The position numbers were made by a program, and so were the translations under genes. This document shows, in pieces, positions 12,901 through 26,436 of a stretch of DNA of 64,000 nucleotides. The DNA lies in NCBI GenBank assembly GCA_051362555.1, contig CM120643.1, forward strand, positions 3,658,001 to 3,722,000. The letters are read 5' to 3'. Under the pieces are notes generated by a model. That model was given only the letters and a program-made list of their open reading frames with translations, searched no databases and was not told the DNA's origin. The DNA is from Lingula anatina. Taxonomy: Eukaryota; Animalia; Brachiopoda. How positions within the stretch are numbered: position 1 is the stretch's first letter; the number at the start of each line of letters is the position of its first letter.

Positions 12901-15900
12901 CAGATATCACCTAAAAGTTAGCACCTTCCAGGAACGCGTTAGTAGCGGTTTTAAACAAAACTGGCATGGTGAACTTGAGGAGACGTCTGAGCTAAGAACC
13001 TATAATTTATTCGTTTGCATAACTCAGTTAAACTGATTCTTTATAAACGTTTTCTTATGAAGCACATTTGGGCCCATATGTACTGCTACATAAAAATAAA
13101 AATGTTAGATATACATGTACAAATCTTAGTCGCCACAGCTCTAATATTCAATACTTACGGTGCTAGAGCAATAGGCGACAGCATATTTTAATTGGGATGC
13201 TTTAATAATAATAACCTCATTCATTTGGGTTGAAAGTCTATGGACAAAACAAAATGGGTTGTTTGTGCAATAATCTAATGGTAATGTTTTAGATTGTGTT
13301 AAGCCGCATCGTGTCTTCTCTAACACAATCCCACAGTCAGTGCTATTATTATGTAAACCAGGTGAGCATTTTGGTGAGAGGTATTCAGATAGGACCAAGG
13401 TCAGTAGGAAGAGGAAGAAGCCTCATGTACCACATTGCCACACTTTCCACACGTAGACTGAAATTTTGGCACTGAGAATTGCTGTAGTTTGTTGTAAGTA
13501 CTGTATAGATGATATAAGGCAACACTGATCGGTTTATGTTGACGATATTTTATCAAAAAGTATGCATTTCCCACTTCAGGCGTAATGGCTCTTGGGTATT
13601 TTTATTGACATGAATCCCGAAATGAGCTTGACAAGTTAAACAACTTTTTATGTTGCTTTTTCCAGAAGAAAAGTATTTGCTCATAAAGAAGTGAGAAGAT
13701 TATCCAAAGGTCTGAACGCGTTATTCCGTCTTAAACAAAGCAAGACGACAAAGCAGATAACTACCGGTACATTCTCAGCTCCCAATGGGTGCCTTTTTTA
13801 TGACAGCGGCTTGTACACATGTATCCTGTTAATTAAAGTTAACTGACAATAAACAAGTGGTTTTTAAGAGAACTAACCCCGACCAGTAAAGCAAATGTAT
13901 ATTTGCTGGGCAATGTCGACCTCCCTTGACTTCATTTTTTTCCTGATTTCAATTTCAATTACATACCGTCCTTGATATTATAATCTGAAATAAAATGTTT
14001 CCATTATAATTAAGTGTTTGGTTTTAAAAAGATGAGCTAAAGTGCCAGCATTCGGATTACGAAATTATTTAAGTGTGGATGCATTGGAATAAAGTAATTG
14101 GTAGAATCATTCTGAAGAGGTTTTAATAAGCACATGTAGCAATAAAATGCTGAATTTATATCACACTACCCACAAAATACGCAAAATAATGTAAAACTAA
14201 GAAAGTCAAAAACCAAACAAGTTTGTTTATATTATTATGTATTTCACTTTGTCAGATCCTTAGATATTGTTATGAATTTTGTTTAATTTATTTCATTTTT
14301 CATTTAATTTCAGTGCCTCGTAACAACCGTCTACGATGAGATTGGACGCACTCCCAGAAAAGACATCAGATTCGTGTTAGCCAGCGCCTGCACCCATGTC
14401 AACGTTGTCTTGTGTGTCGAAGTTTTGCGTATAGTTTTGACTTGCAGTTAAAGTTAAAACTTGCAGGGTTGACATTTGATTTGGTTTGAAATGTAATATT
14501 TGCTTTGGGTTGTAATATTCTGCATCAAAGCGTGTATCAAATGAAGTGCAGCGTGTAACAAATGTTTTATTCATGGAACTTCTGATAAAATGGACCAAAT
14601 CCAAGGGTCAACTCTGCACGTCGCTGATTTATTATTATACATATGTAAATAGGTTGCAGTACAGCACTCTATCTGCACACGATGTTTTTATCATCGTTTA
14701 GAATCTTTTGTTCATAACCGCCAGTTCTCGAACCTGAAAAGACACTTTTAAAATTATCCTAAAACAAAAAAGTGCCTTGCTTAAAGGAATCTATGAAAAT
14801 AAAATTGATTGTTGTAAAATTATCATTAAGTGATGTGCAGGTAGAGCGCTGTAGTGGTACGACCGGTTGAATGTTTGATTGTAAAATTTTGTGTGGGCAA
14901 ATATGTAATAAGACGCTTTGTTATGCACTCGAAAATACATTTTTATTCATATTAAATTGGATATGGATACAAATATTGATTTTAATGAAGTTAACTTTAA
15001 AAAAATAAGTAGACTCGTGCGTAAAATGTATACTGGAATCTTCTCTTGGAAGAATATTTTACAAGAATCTTTTATTTGGAAGAAATGACCGAGATATAAA
15101 ACTACAATAAGCTGTTAACACTGTAATCCAAATTATGACACTTAAGAATTATCGGAAGTATAAATTGTGAAATGTGCTCAAGTTATTACAGAATTGCCTG
15201 CACGTATTAAAACGGGCCTTTCTAAAATTATAGATATGCGGTTATTGTTTCCCGCTGTTTTGATATGCGAGTAGTGTGTCTGATCTGTGATAGACCTATA
15301 GTTTTATTGCTGGGAGGGAGTAGAAATGTTTTTGTTTTCAGAAAATCAAACCAGGGTTTGTTTTTTTTTTTTCGAAATTTATATGTTTTTGTTATTTAAG
15401 AAGGAAAATTGGTTTTTTGCCTTCGTTACAAAGCGGAATTGTTAAGAGAAACAAAGTGTTTTATTTTGGCATGTGTACATGCAGGACTGGCATTTATCGC
15501 ACCCTTTTACAACTTGAAAAATCCTTATGATATTCTTATCGTTAACCACAGTTGTCGCAAAGCTTTTTTTGGGGGGGGGAGGGGGGTATCGGTATTTCCT
15601 AGTAATTGGACGAACTTTTGTAGACTGTCAACTTTTGCCAATCCTCTAAAAACAAAATAAAATCTTTATTGAATTAACATAAAATCTGCATACGTATCTG
15701 TTTTTATATTTGGTACATTGTAGTTTAGTGTATGATTTGGCCAGTTAATTGCCAATTTACTGACTTATTGTTTAAAATCCTTTGTTTTGTGGCATTTGTC
15801 TAATCAAATGTGAAAAATCAAAATTTCATCAGAAAGATGACACTTTGATTGGTAAGGCTAAAAGTTTAATAAAAAATAGGAAGTTCAGTGTTTTATTTAA

Positions 15901-17079
15901 TGTTTATCTTGTACTTGTCACTTTCTTAATTCTATATTTCGGTCGGGATCAAGGGGTGATTGAGAACAAAAGGCCTGATTAGGTGCCAGTCTTGCACGTG
16001 CTGTTGGGTTATTTTTGCTGAGTGTTTCTGAATCACTGAACACCAGTGACCGTAGAGTTATTTTAAGTAAACTTGTTTTTGCATAACCTTTTTAATTTTG
16101 TTTACGTAATATTGTTCTTAAAATGACTATTGACTGGGATAAGGTTGTAAACTGACCATGTCTTCATGCTGTTCTTGATTCGCACGGCGCATATATTTGT
16201 TCCTATTTTAAGATTTAAAGAGAAGAAAAACATATTTATTTATTTATCTATGAGAAAGCATTCATTAAATTTACAGAACTGAATAATGTTTGACTGCTGT
16301 TTGGTGTTTTGTGTAATCATCAGCATGGGGACATACAGTTAGTTGTGGGGTCATGAGTGTGAACCCGCGTGCGGGGAGAACGCTTACATGAGATCGTATG
16401 CATTTTGAATTTTCTATACTGTTACCACCCTTGAATTTGGATAAAAAATGTCCCTCGAGAAATTTTGGATCAGTCACAAGACAAATACATCAAATTCAAC
16501 TTTGAAAGATGGATGTAAAAAACATCGTCAAATCTTCAACATTCTCTTTTAACTCTGGGCAAAAAACTGAGAATTTCGTGTTCTGGTCAGTATTATGTCG
16601 TCTTGTATGCAGTGTTCTTGAACACTTTTTTAGAACCAAAATGATTGATCTTGAGCGACAATATTTAAAATGCATAGAATCTCCCACACATTTAGTTGTA
16701 GATAGTTGTTTTTAAGATTAATTTATATCTCAAATTGCGCAGTCGTTATGAAAATTACTTTTTATGTAGAGCCAAAACGTAATGTTCGGATTTTGTATAC
16801 ATCTGTATGGTGTAGTTGTTTGTATTTGTTATAATAAACGTACATAAAAGTTGTAATAGATGATGTGCAAAATGTCACATGTTTATTCTTGACTTTCTTC
16901 TCTTCAGCTCGACTTGAACCTTAGGTTTTCAACTCCTAGCTCACCCTTTTCTACTTTTTAGTCTGTCGCCTTACCTACTGAGCCACTGTCTCAGTTCGCG
17001 TTTTTCCTCATTCGTTTGATCCTCTTATAGTAGTTTGAATTGTTTATTTGGGTTTATTTTTGCAAAAGGTAATTTGCTG

Positions 17080-17160
17080 GGACCTAGAAGCGCCAGGAAT
17101 CGAACTGGGGACCTTCTGTCTCAGAGGCAAGCGCGTTACCTACTCCTCTAAGTGTTCCCA
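17080..17160 (-). other. Degenerate tRNA-like / SINE-head sequence
   Basis: Reverse complement has an A-box-like tagaggagtagg and B box gttcgattcc at tRNA spacing. Similar relics at ~16907-16993 and ~17240-17290. Confidence 0.4.
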
Positions 17161-17648
17161 CCCACCCTCCCCGTGTAGACTTTCTTCTTATAGTAACCAA
17201 AGAAAAATTCTAATAGCACCCCTTTGTAATTCCAAAGTGCCCGAGCCAGGAATCGAACCCCAACCCCAGGCTTTCACTGAGCCATGTAGCCATCAGGAAA
17301 AACACTAAGACATTTTGTATGTTCAATAAGTGTTTTATTAAGAGCAATACAAATTGCTTTTATGTATTCAAATATTTATAAAACATATATCTGTAAAATA
17401 TCAAAGTCTTCAGTCTTTTTATTACTACAAGTTAAAAAGCGTTCTAGTATTTAAAAGAATATTATGATATTATAGTATAATATTATGAAGTCTGCATTTA
17501 AATTCACTTGCAGGTGTAAAAAATATAACATTCTTATATATTCGACTTGACAAATAAACTATTTACCACACTAATGGTCTTATGTTTGTTCTTAATGACA
17601 AAAACAAAATATTTCAACTTCTTCAATAAAAATAAAAAAAAAAAAAAA

Positions 17649-17791
17649 CAATGGTGGATCTAGTCTCCGCCCTCCCCGAGGAGAGAGACCCATGACCCAT
17701 TCTGGACTCACATGATCAAGTTCTCAAAATATTCCATCTCGCTCCAAATGTCAACATCTGACCCCTTTAAAATGTCCTGGATCCGCCATTG
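17649..17791. mobile_element. Short TIR MITE
   Basis: TIR caatggtggatctag / ctggatccgccattg; no clear TSD. Confidence 0.5.
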
Positions 17792-20700
17792 TTTTTTTTT
17801 CTATATAATAATGACAATTATGAGATTTCTATTAAATGATCTGTTTAAAATTGCACGCTTTTTTCAGTCAAACACTTATTGTTGGGAGCAAAAAACGGAT
17901 ACGCACTTTCGTTACGTTTGGCAAAAAAAGTGTCAAAAGTCCTACATAAAAAAAAATATATATATAAACAACGTTTATACTAACAGCTATTGACAAACTG
18001 GAAAGACTAATGAACATTAGATAGTAAAATGAATATGAAATAAAAAAAATTCCTTGCAAAAACTACTTAGAGAACAAACTACATGTTCACTTATGAAATT
18101 TGGGCTAAAATCCAATGGGCAGATCACGATATTTCTCATATTTCCTATAGTCTACTACATCCATTTTCAATTAGAAAACAAACTACATTTACATGAAATC
18201 AGGCTTAAAATCCAAGGGACAGATAACGATTTTTCTCATATTTCCTACATCTATTTTCAATTCGAAAAAAAACCTTCTGAACATAATTTCGAATAAATTC
18301 GAATATACATCAATAATTTCTGCATCATTTGGTCGATAGAATGATGCTGTTAAGACAGAATTGCCGAAAACAGTTAAATTTGGAAAATAAAGCAATTTTC
18401 ATTCCCATAAATGTATTTGTTCAACAGATTAATGGCAAAAACATATATTTCAGGATAAAACGTGTACATATTTTACATTGTAAGAACTACGTTCAGAGAT
18501 AAGTAAAACACGAAAAAAGTGTCTTTTCCATCATATGAATGGTATTTACATGTACGAAATCAGCTTTTCAAGAAGGGATTTTTCTTGAATAGAAATGAAA
18601 TTTCTTAATTCTACATACTTCACCTGAGACAAAAAATAATCGATCTTGATTCGTAAAATGGCATCTCTTACTCAACAAGACAGCAAATACTCAAATTTCA
18701 AGAGACGATAATCCTTTTTTCCCTTCTGAACATTGAATGAGCGTAAGTCGTCTCATTTTTGATTTCAGTACATTTGGAGAATAAGACTGAAGTTAACTCA
18801 CGCCGCGGCCGGTAAAAAAAGAAATTAAGAATTCGACACCGGACTTGTAGAATTTATAAATGGATTTGATAATGTGTTCATTGGTGATTTAGGCGAAATT
18901 GTTGAATATTACAGAAAAATACTTGGCTTTAAACCGACATAAAATTTGTATATTTTTGCGTACTTAATTCGCATCTAAACTAGAAAGTCACCCCCTGCTG
19001 TCTTGCTGAAGAATACCACATATAGTACCATTTCACAAATGTCACGTGTGACAAACTTAACACTACGATAGTATACAACATACTTCAATACAATAAAGCA
19101 AGTTTTTAACTGATGACCATGTTTTCTGATATATCATTACGTTTTAAATATGTTACATATAATTAGCAAATCACCTCAAATTCCTGATGCTATATTGATA
19201 AAAAAAACGTAAAAGATTCCTGTGGACAAAGCGTTTTCAAACCCGTTCAGAACAGCATTTCGGGTCATCAGTTCGCCCCCTATGCATTGAATGGTTGATC
19301 TTATAACATGTCACGCAGAAATCAATACAACTACAATTTAGCTCACACATTTTATTGAAATGAAATGTTAAATCTTTTAAAATTTACGAATCTTGCCAAT
19401 ATTCGAAATGGAAGTGTATTACTATATCCCCTTAATACTTGAATTATGTTCTTTACTTAGGAAATGGATGTTTGTTACTATACCTATGACATATTCTATA
19501 ATTCCACTACCAACCGCTCACTAAATATCAACATGTCAATTGCCAGACTCTCACAAGACATTTCACAGCATTTTCCCCTTCTTGGCCATTTCTCACGGTA
19601 AACTTCCACTGCCACTACTATTTCTACCGACGAAGTTCAAAATACTGAACATGAAGTGCAACTGCATCTTCCTTTGTTTTATGAGACGTGATGAGATGAC
19701 GTGAAGGAGGAAATAAATGGTACGTGGGGAAAATGTTGGGAAATGATCAAAACCACTCTTAAGCTTTTCAAAAATAAATCACCAAATACCTAACATTGGT
19801 TTCTTAAAACGTTATATTGATATGGCTGAAATTACGATATTCGTATACTTAATATCTAAGCCGCCCTTCGCTCCACTTCCTGATCACTCAGCACTGAGGC
19901 AGTGACGTCTCCTTCCAGGCTGTCCATCCCATTACATTCATGGTAGGGGGAGGTGGCAGGCTGAAGTGACTGCCTTTTCTTTTCAACTCTCACCAATATT
20001 TTACGGATGGAACTTCATTTGTAATTTACAACATTAAAAATACATTGGACGACGTTTGTGTTCAGTATATTTAAAAAAATACCCGACGAAAATTAACTTC
20101 AGATCCTTATCAACCCCAAATTGAAATATTATGTAGGTCACTTGCTTTCTTGATATGACTCAATAAGGTCCACTGATTTGAATATCTGAGCAGTTTTTGT
20201 TGTTTGACCAAGTAGACTTTACGATAGAGACTGCAGTGTTTTGATTCTGATGCTGTCTCAACCATGATTGTGACGGAATCCACAAAATACCACCCCACTG
20301 TGTTAGTGAAGACATAACGCGAGGCGGGGAGGGGGGATAAAAAGTTCAGAAAGAAATTACCTAATAAGCCATTGAAAATGACATTATGATATTTTAGTTT
20401 AAATTAGATGTCGACGAACCATTCAATAGAGAAAGTTGGATTAAAAGGAAATATGATGAAATAAAACGGCACAAATATTATGGTATAAAAGGTTTGGGAG
20501 AGTCGGGGAAATTGAGTTTTGACTGCGTTCGGGTGTTTACTTGTTGTCCTTTAACTTTAACACACCAGGTTATACAAACTTTGACAACTTTTGTCTCTAA
20601 ATACCCTGTTCAGATTTATCTTTTCTACTTATATAACTACCGTATGTTTCAAGTATAGTAATTCACAAAGATGGACTTTGAATTCAAAGATGACGTCTAT

Positions 20701-23566
20701 TGAGAAAGAGCGACATTACTAAAAACGCAGCACTAGAAAATTAACTGGCAAAGCGTCAACGCTACGAAAGGAACTAAAATTAAAATAAGTTCCAGCAATG
20801 TATGCTGTTGTTATGCTAGAAAATCACCGTGACGTTATAATTTAGCGCTGATTTACTCTATCAAATTCCTCCTCTGAAATGTTGTCCCAATGAATAAAAT
20901 TGAAGCTTACAAACTCGTCTAATATGTCTTGAAGACAGCGATAAATGACAGAGGACGCTGATATGATCATTTTCATATAATTTCTCCGAAGTATCATAAT
21001 AAATTTTTTTAGATACTCAAAACTTTTTATACTGAATGCACATATTTCAAGAGTGTCCAAATGTCATGAATTTCATTTATATGAAAAAAGAGAACCATGT
21101 AACAGTGGTTACCGTACTTGAGGCCCTGCAGGCGATACATTTTTTTCTCTGGGAATTCACGTCGAGACGTTGTCTAGGATCGAGAAGCCGAAACAAGTGA
21201 AGCTAATTATTTGTACGTTATTACCTATTTATAATAACACGCTTTATATTAATGATCATGGGCCTATTTGATTAATACTTTTATCAAGCTTTATTATTTT
21301 CTCTCGTTGCGACTAAAATCATAAATCTAGACTCTTTAACGACAGAATATTTATGTATATCCAATTACAAGTTATTTTTGCAAGAAAGTGTTAAGACGGA
21401 CTCGAGCAAGCTGTAGTTATAACAACTACGGAAAGCAGAGCGTCAGGAGAGACGACACGTTCCATTCGAAGGAAAGGGGGACATGGGATAACCTTCGCCA
21501 AAAATGGTCCGATAAGTTGACATTTGCCCTTGGCCTGTATTTTAATACTCATATAAAAAGTGATTCTGTAAATTTCAGTATGATAAGTCACAGGGTTTTC
21601 CTTTTATTGCGTTAACAAATCTTACATTACAATGTATAACAGAAAAGTAAAAAAAAAAAGCGGGATAATTTAAGGAAAAAAGACCCAATATATCTGCCAT
21701 TTAATAGTGGACTGTATTTATCATAATATGAATTACTCCAGTAAGTTTGAGTATAAAAAAAAAAAAAAAAAAGAAAAAGCCACACGATTATCAATTTATT
21801 GCTATAACATTGAAATATGCAGGGCGACCACGACGGACGCAGGCGATAGCTTTACTTCTACAGCTATATCCACACATACATGTATACAAAACATGCGACT
21901 TTTGGTAGGCCCCAGTTAAATAAAGTTTTTATAACCGACTTAGTCCTTAGTACTTTTATTTGCAGTAACATTTACTTCTGTTGGAGGATATCTTCTTTTT
22001 GTCTTATCGCTGATAAAAAAATAATTGTCTTACTTGAAAGCTTAAATCAAATATTGAAATATCCCACAACATGAGATCTTTTGTAATTGCCCTTGTTTTT
22101 TCCCCTTTCTTTTAATATAAAATTTGAAATTTTCCTTGGTGGGATGGTGTACGTTACATTTAGTTCAATTTTGCTGAGAGGTTATAACAGAAAACTTAAT
22201 GAACTTTGTAGATTTACAGTGTATGATTGACATGTTTATATTTAGCACAGTGATGATTGATGGACAGGTGGGTCAGAAGACCACGTGACAACAGACTGTG
22301 CGTGCGGTGCGATTTAAACGGAGGAATATGTAGTCTGTGACTGCATACATACGACTGAGTGCCCAGATCAGTTTCGTTCAATACACTTTACAAATTTGAA
22401 GAACGTTTTCGCTAGTCCTCTAAATGACATTCTAATGTTTACTATTTAATAAAACTACATTATGAATTGAAAGACACTGTGCAATGTATAACAGAGCATA
22501 TTTGGAGTATTTTCTATAAATGACGACAAAATCTTTGTCAGTAGAGCACGTGTCATGTTGTTTGTAGCAGTAGATTTGCTAACTTCTGCAGTTTTCAGAT
22601 AAATATGAATTGTATATAATTTGTAAACAGAAAATAAACGGCGTTCACATCTTTGGGTTACGTTTATACTGGGACACCCTGTATTTCAATTTGTATCAAC
22701 CGAATACAATTTTAACTTCGGGTTCTGCGAGATAAGAGAGTAAAAAAATCTTCCTTTTAAAGGAAAAAAAATTGAATTAAAAAAAAAAAGAGAGTGTCTT
22801 TCCAAACACGTGTAGATTGTAACTGTGGCATTTCGTCTGACATAAACATACAAATGTGGATTTTTTTGTTATATTAATTGCAATAAATGAGAATTATTTT
22901 GTTTTCTACTAGAATATTTTTGTGTCCTACCTACTGTATATGTATCACTACATATTTAAGATACTGTATCCAAACACCCCGTTAACCCCGGCCTTAAAGA
23001 GACAAATTCCATTCCTGTACAAAACAGCGCGATGATTAATGTAGTTAAATATTCATGTATGTATGTATGTGTATGGAAGAGCAAGTATGGAAGATCATAA
23101 ACCAAATCATTTATTATACCAAAAGTTATAGAATATTCGCATTCCCCAAGACACCCTCAGAATTTTTATATTCTAAAACTTGTTTGAGCAAAGACTTTTA
23201 TCCCATGGACTCCCAAGAATTTAAATTTATAAACGTCAATACTTTAAACTTTATACTGATTTATCTTATGTTCTAATAATTGAATTCTTATTTTATGTTA
23301 TTGAACTATTTTAAAGAGCAGATTGATTTCATAATTTATTCAGTTAAATCTTCTTTATGTTGTTAGTAGATAATGTCATAATGTGTTTTAGTTACTTTTA
23401 TCACTCTTCTATAGTCCATGTAAAATCTAACTTATATTTGCAAGAATAAATATCATAATTATAACATTATGCTGGCCTGTGAGTGGCCAATCTCGTCTGT
23501 TGTCGGTGCCATGTTATATGTGAGCTTAGATACGTATTTTGTTTTATATGTCTTAAATAAATGTAT

Positions 23567-24157
23567 TTTCACTGGCTTCCAGTAAGAGAGAGAATTTTAT
23601 TTAAAATTTTATGTGTCATTTTTAAAGCAGTCACCGAGAATAAACCACTTTATATCTCAGAACTTATGAAGCAACATCAGCATGGAAGAGTTACCAGGTC
23701 TTCAACTTTTAGTCATTTACTTTTAGAACACAGTGTCTTAGAGAAAAAAGCTGGTAAATTTTACGGTGAAAGGGCATTTATGATATATGCACCCAAAGTT
23801 TGGAACACTTTACCCTCTGAAATACGAGCAGCAGGTGACATAGATACTTTTAAAAAGCTTTTGAAAACTCATATTTTTAGAATAGCCTATCAGTAGCTAT
23901 CATATAGTTAATTTTAGTTTTTAATAAGGTGTACTGTAATTTTATGATTAATTTTAAATGTTGTCACTTTAGGTTCTTATCATTTTAGAATATGAATAAT
24001 TGGTTCTTTAAATTAGTTCTTAGTCCTTTAAAATTGTAATGTGTTCTTATATTAGTATTGTGTTATCTAGCTCTTTTAAGTGAATGTTGTAAGGCGCATT
24101 GAGATTTTTAATGGAATGCGCCATAGAAAAATAAATTATTATTATTATTATTATTAT
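23567..24157 (+). mobile_element. 5'-truncated L2/CR1-group LINE (ORF2 C-terminus + tail)
   Basis: HWLPVRERILFKIL...RAFMIYAPKVWNTLP...FKKLLKTH; 3' stem gcgcattgag...gcgcc followed by (TTA)n tail. Confidence 0.8.
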
Positions 24158-25184
24158 TTTGAAGCCACAACCACTTTATGTGAGATTATCAATAATTGCT
24201 AACTGTACATATTAATTAAAGGATTCGAGAAAAGGACAGCGAAAGGATGGTAAATTGAAAAAATATTTGAACGCGCTAGGTAGCTGGATGTGACGTGGTC
24301 GCAGGGATCAGCCCCCCCCCCCCCCCCCCCCCCAGGGACAATCCTCCACGTCGGGGTATTACCCCCTGGACAACCGACCCCCGGACAATTCCCCCTGTAA
24401 TTAATATAATACTGAGAATAAACAATGTGACACTAAGAAAAATTATAAATGCCTGCCTTAGATCAAAATATTCACCAGGTAGAGATAGGGATAACAGATA
24501 ATCTCATTTATCCAGGAATCCCTTTGATGAACGTACTGTCACTCTTTGTTGTTTTAACCTCCCCCCTCCCCCCGTTAATCATGTTGTTAGCCTTAATGAA
24601 GGCACATCTCCAGGTAGAAGTGGGGTAAACAGATAATCTCATTTATCCAGGAATCCCTTTGATGAGCTGTCAGTTTTAATTGTTTCTTCACTATCCCCTA
24701 AAATCTCCACTGACAAATTATTTTTTAAAAAGAGACATTTTTTGTCAATCAATAATGCCTTTAAAAAATTACTTTGTACCAGAGCCAGCTGAGTGATGAA
24801 ATCAATTTGATATACTTTCTAGCATAGGCCAGCTAAGAGAATATTAAAAAAAAAAAAAAAAAAAAAAAATTCAGAAAAAAAAACAGGGAATGACTTTGAA
24901 TGTTGGGATGTGTTCATTGACCATTAGTAAGACTTGAAAATTTGTTGTTTACCCCAGTAAATTCATTTTTTGGCCAAAATGAACAGTTATTATCCCTCTA
25001 AGTTTTTAAAAGAACCCGTGCCCTTAATTATAGCCAGAGCAGATGCTTGAGAAAAGGTAACATGATATAAAAAATACAGGTTTTGGCTGTTCACGTGAAA
25101 ATTGCGTTGAAAGGGGTGTTTATTCTCTAGTATGAGGTTCCGCTTTTTATGTCATTTTTTCCTCGTAGCCTGAAATGCCGTTTT

Positions 25185-25194
25185 CCGCCATCTT
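25185..25194. promoter_or_regulatory. YY1-type motif (CCGCCATCTT) upstream of the FASTK-family gene
   Basis: Exact CCGCCATCTT match ~110 bp before ATG 25303. Confidence 0.35.
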
Positions 25195-25302
25195 GTGACC
25201 TGGCCTGCCGTTTCTACAAATGCGAGCTTGCCTCAACTGCCTCGTGGTCGAGGTGGAGGCCATGGACGTGTTCAGTACTGGGAACATTTTAATCATGTAA
25301 TC

Positions 25303-25651
25303 ATGTTTTATTCGGCACTGAGATATGTCTACCGAAGTTGTAGTCGACACAGTTTTGTTGGTAGAATAACTCAGTGTTTGGCACAACCCTCACAATGCCA
25401 CCAATCACAGCGATTTACATGTGCCGTCTCTCAACTACGAAGGCGAAGCCCTGACAAGATATGGGGTTGGTCGTTGGGGAGAGTTACCACTGGGACTGAG
25501 CTGTCATACTCTACTACAAAAACAATCAATGAATATGAGGGCATCATCAGAGACACAAAAATGCATTTTGAAAGAAACGCGAAGAGGTACCTCATTCAAG
25601 ATGGTAGGAGCGAAGGGGAGATTATTAGTGATTACGAGAACGGAGCTCATG
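25303..25651 (+). CDS. FASTK/RAP-domain mitochondrial RNA-binding protein, 5' part of first coding exon (interrupted)
   Basis: MFYSALRYVYRSCSRHSFVGRI... is Arg/Ser-rich and acid-poor like a mitochondrial presequence. It joins in frame to 43100 (CAT G|AA GCT GAA AAG). Confidence 0.65.
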
Positions 25652-26198
25652 AGGTAAGAGCACTCGCCCTGTAAGCGAGGGGTCCCGGGTTCGATTCCTG
25701 GTCTGGTCGGTGATTTTTCTGCACTCACCCCAAATCGCTACAATGGTGGCAGCGGTGTTGCGAGATAGGGCTCGCGTCTTTCGGCATTTGGGGGGGAGGA
25801 GTGTAGTGCCAGGGGCAGATAGAACCGGCCGGGTAGCTCAGTAGGTAAGAGCACTCGCCCTGTAAGCGAGGGGTCCCGGGTTCGATTCCTGGTCTGGTCG
25901 GTGATTTTTCTGCACTCACCTCAAATCGCTACAATGGTGGCAGCGGTGTTGCGAGATAGGGCTCGCGTCTTTCGGCATTTGGGGGGGAGGAGTGTAGTGC
26001 CAGGGGCAGGTAGAACCGGCCGGGTTCGATTCCTGGTCTGGTCGGTGATTTTTCTGCACTCACCCCAAATCGCTACAATGGTGGCAGCGGTGTTGCGAGA
26101 TAGGGCTCGCGTCTTTCGGCATTTGGGGGGGAGGAGTGTAGTGCCAGATGCAGGTAGAACCGGCCGGGTAGCTCAGTAGGTAAGAGCACTCGCCCTGT
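25652..26198 (+). mobile_element. Tandem TRIM array with a tRNA-like gene in the LTR (Helenus-type non-autonomous LTR retrotransposon)
   Basis: 191-bp unit = 132-bp LTR TGTAG...CTACA (25802-25933) + 59-bp internal region with PBS TGGTGGCAGCGGTG (tRNA-Leu complement; 25744, 25935, 26079) and PPT GGGGGGGAGGAG. LTR copies at 25652-25742 (5'-truncated), 25802-25933, 25993-26077 (47-bp deletion), 26137-26198 (broken). Confidence 0.85.
25827..25900 (+). tRNA. tRNA-Thr(TGT)-like sequence inside the TRIM LTR
   Basis: Cloverleaf: GGCCGGG/TCTGGTC acceptor (3 G-U), GCTC/GAGC D stem, CTCGC-CCTGTAA-GCGAG anticodon arm, CCGGG-TTCGATT-CCTGG T arm. A/B boxes intact, TTTTT follows. C33 is non-canonical, so probably a Pol III promoter module rather than a functional tRNA. 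Confidence 0.7.
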
Positions 26199-26436
26199 TC
26201 GTGCATTTTCCTACCTTCACCCGGTGTGCTCTCCCTGCGCGGAGAGCGCGCAATTACGGTAAGACTGCGCACACCAGGTGGAGAGCCCAACTTCCCTGCC
26301 TGATCCCGGTGAGTACAACTCAACCACAGCTACCGTGCAGACGTGTACGGTATAGACGACAAAAATAATCAGAATTGAGACACAATACACAGTGATCTAC
26401 AATCTCATTCCGTAAGTAGAACCAGTGAATACTTTA
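26196..26436 (+). repeat. 5' LTR of the gag-only gypsy element (first 5 nt missing)
   Basis: Identical by eye to 42859-43099. Followed by T + PBS TGGCGACAAGG (26438-26448; one mismatch to the tRNA-Ser(GCT) complement TGGCGACGAGG). Confidence 0.85.

Noticed and set aside
11252-14604. Several 60-90-aa ORFs and a possible small exon at ~14313
   Set aside because: No recognisable motifs or consistent exon chain; cannot be supported.
25195-25302. Upstream extension of the FASTK-like ORF
   Set aside because: Starts at GTG; ATG 25303 gives a presequence-like N-terminus.
25652-26198. Host tRNA gene cluster or CRISPR-like array
   Set aside because: The spacers are identical and contain LTR ends, a PBS and a PPT; the tRNA has C33 and several G-U pairs. 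A tandem TRIM explains it better.
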